From contig CM082577.2 of NCBI GenBank assembly GCA_040954595.2, positions 20,000,303 to 20,064,302 on the forward strand: a DNA stretch of 64,000 nt, written 5' to 3'. The stretch comes from Balanoglossus misakiensis (lineage: Eukaryota > Animalia > Hemichordata). The notes under the pieces were generated by a model. That model saw only the letters and a list, made by a program, of their open reading frames with translations, was not told where the DNA came from and did not search any database. A program made the translations under genes and the position numbers. Below, one piece after another: positions 61,963-64,000 of this stretch. Each line of letters opens with the position of its first letter. The stretch's first letter is position 1.

Positions 61963-62316
61963 GTGCCAATTGTGGTGGTGTATTTTACGAACCAACTGGA
62001 GTTGTGACGTCACCTAACTATCCTGGAAATTATCAAGACCGAATGAACTGTTTCTATTTAATACGCGTACAAGGTGCCGATTCAATTAGACTGACTTTCA
62101 CAGATTTTGTGACCGAGTTAAATAAAGATGGCATTGACATTGGAAGTGGTGGCAATGCGGATTATAACGGCGATGGTTGGATTACTTATATGGAAGGAAA
62201 CTTAACTTTCACTGGACTGCCAGATGTAATGGAGATTCCCGGCAATCAGGCCTGGATTATTTTCACTTCAGACAGAAATATTGTAATGAAAGGATTCCGC
62301 ATCGAATATACCGGTG
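61963..62316 (+). CDS. CUB domain exon
   Basis: cgcag|(G)ANCGGVFYEPTGVVTSPNYPGNYQDRMNCFYLI..LTFTDFVTE..IIFTSDRNIVMKGFRIEYTG+G|gtaagt. Phase 1-1, 354 nt. Confidence 0.92.
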
Positions 62317-62682
62317 GTAAGTTGTCCAGTTATGCTATATACTGGCCGTAAGAAGTGATATTGATTGATGTCAACATATTCGTTGTCGACGACCACTTCA
62401 CTTTTCAGTGTGGGGAATTGGTCTGCTTGGTGGTCGGTCACCTCGACTCGGCCACTTTGGATCACGTAACAGATATATTAGGATATGTTATATATTTAAT
62501 GTCACATCAAACAGAAGCTTATAGATATGAGATTGGATACATCATATTCCAAGTTTCCTTTCAATTTATTCCGTTGGTTGTCCCCATACAACTTCTCGGC
62601 CTAAAGAATCGACGCAAGTTTATATGGGTCGAGTGCATCAAAACATCATGAAATATCGCGCATAAAGCAGCCTGAGTAAATG

Positions 62683-63859
62683 TTATACTAAGCGTTGGTC
62701 AATTTAATCATTAATCTCACAATTTTTCTTGGAAGCACGCGTAGGCCTACGTGATGACTGATTTGAAAGTCGTGTACAAGATGGCATAACCCCGCGACTG
62801 CCACTTTTAGCACATTCCAATCATCTTATTCTCAGCCGATGGACAACACTATTTTGAATTTTTAAGATTCTACTAAGCTCTTAGGCATGCGCGCGTATCA
62901 TGATATATATATCATGATATTATACTAAGCGTTGGTCAATTTAATCATTAATCTCACAATTTTTCTTGGAAGCACGCGTAGGCCTACGTGATGACTGATT
63001 TGAAAGTCGTGTACAAGATGGCATAACCCCGCGACTGCCACTTTTAGCACATTCCAATCATCTTATTCTCAGCCGATGGACAACACTATTTTGAATTTTT
63101 AAGATTCTACTAAGCTCTTAGGCATGCGCGCGTATCATGATATATATATCATGATATTATACTAAGCGTTGGTCAATTTAATCATTAATCTCACAATTTT
63201 TCTTGGAAGCACGCGTAGGCCTACGTGATGACTGATTTGAAAGTCGTGTACAAGATGGCATAACCCCGCGACTGCCACTTTTAGCACATTCCAATCATCT
63301 TATTCTCAGCCGATGGACAACACTATTTTGAATTTTTAAGATTCTACTAAGCTCTTAGGCATGCGCGCGTATCATGATATATATATCATGATATTATACT
63401 AAGCGTTGGTCAATTTAATCATTAATCTCACAATTTTTCTTGGAAGCACGCGTAGGCCTACGTGATGACTGATTTGAAAGTCGTGTACAAGATGGCATAA
63501 CCCCGCGACTGCCACTTTTAGCACATTCCAATCATCTTATTCTCAGCCGATGGACAACACTATTTTGAATTTTTAAGATTCTACTAAGCTCTTAGGCATG
63601 CGCGCGTATCATGATATATATATCATGATATTATACTAAGCGTTGGTCAATTTAATCATTAATCTCACAATTTTTCTTGGAAGCACGCGTAGGCCTACGT
63701 GATGACTGATTTGAAAGTCGTGTACAAGATGGCATAACCCCGCGACTGCCACTTTTAGCACATTCCAATCATCTTATTCTCAGCCGATGGACAACACTAT
63801 TTTGAATTTTTAAGATTCTACTAAGCTCTTAGGCATGCGCGCGTATCATGATATATATA
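62683..63859. repeat. Tandem array, 237-bp period, five copies (last lacks the 8-bp junction)
   Basis: TTATACTAAGCG begins at 62683, 62920, 63157, 63394 and 63631. Copies look identical by eye. Confidence 0.95.
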
Positions 63860-64000
63860 GTTGCAGCTGTACTCAATGGAGTGACCGTGCTGTACTCTTG
63901 CAATTAACGGGACGCTAAATAAACGAGTGCAAAACCCATGTATTGTTGATAATTGAATTTGAAATAACGAAAATATTTATATAATGCAACAAGTGGCAGC

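Noticed and set aside
62683-63859. CRISPR-like array
   Set aside because: There are no unique spacers, whole 237-bp units repeat, the context is a eukaryotic intron and no cas genes are present.

Overview
Eukaryotic (animal) genomic DNA, AT-rich and very transposon-dense. The gene and repeat content suggests a marine invertebrate deuterostome such as a hemichordate or echinoderm (inference, not verified). Three host genes were reconstructed by eye from GT-AG exons. (1) The first three coding exons of ABAT (mitochondrial GABA aminotransferase) on the minus strand, continuing off the left edge. (2) A complete 6-exon DCTN5 (183 aa) on the plus strand, head-to-head with ABAT, with ATGs ~2.9 kb apart. 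(3) The 5' part of a secreted signal peptide-EGF-CUB, fibropellin-like gene on the plus strand, running off the right edge. Introns and intergenic DNA hold decayed, nested mobile elements: a DIRS retrotransposon, L2/RTEX/Rex1/CR1-group LINEs, two Penelope-like fragments (one with a hammerhead ribozyme), a fragmented MULE transposase, Helentron-like interspersed elements and many MITEs with readable target-site duplications (TSDs). The most unusual structures are a 3.1-kb indel-free palindrome made by twin 1476-bp insertions, 64-67-bp hairpin elements with their own 9-bp TSDs, a CACAGG-ended foldback family whose TIRs seed microsatellites, long hairpins with recurring TC/TC mismatches, and a 237-bp tandem array with a templated junction. 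No CRISPR, rRNA or convincing tRNA was seen. Most ORFs in the supplied track are spurious. All family assignments come from motif recognition, not database searches. I cannot claim a new biological system from the sequence alone.
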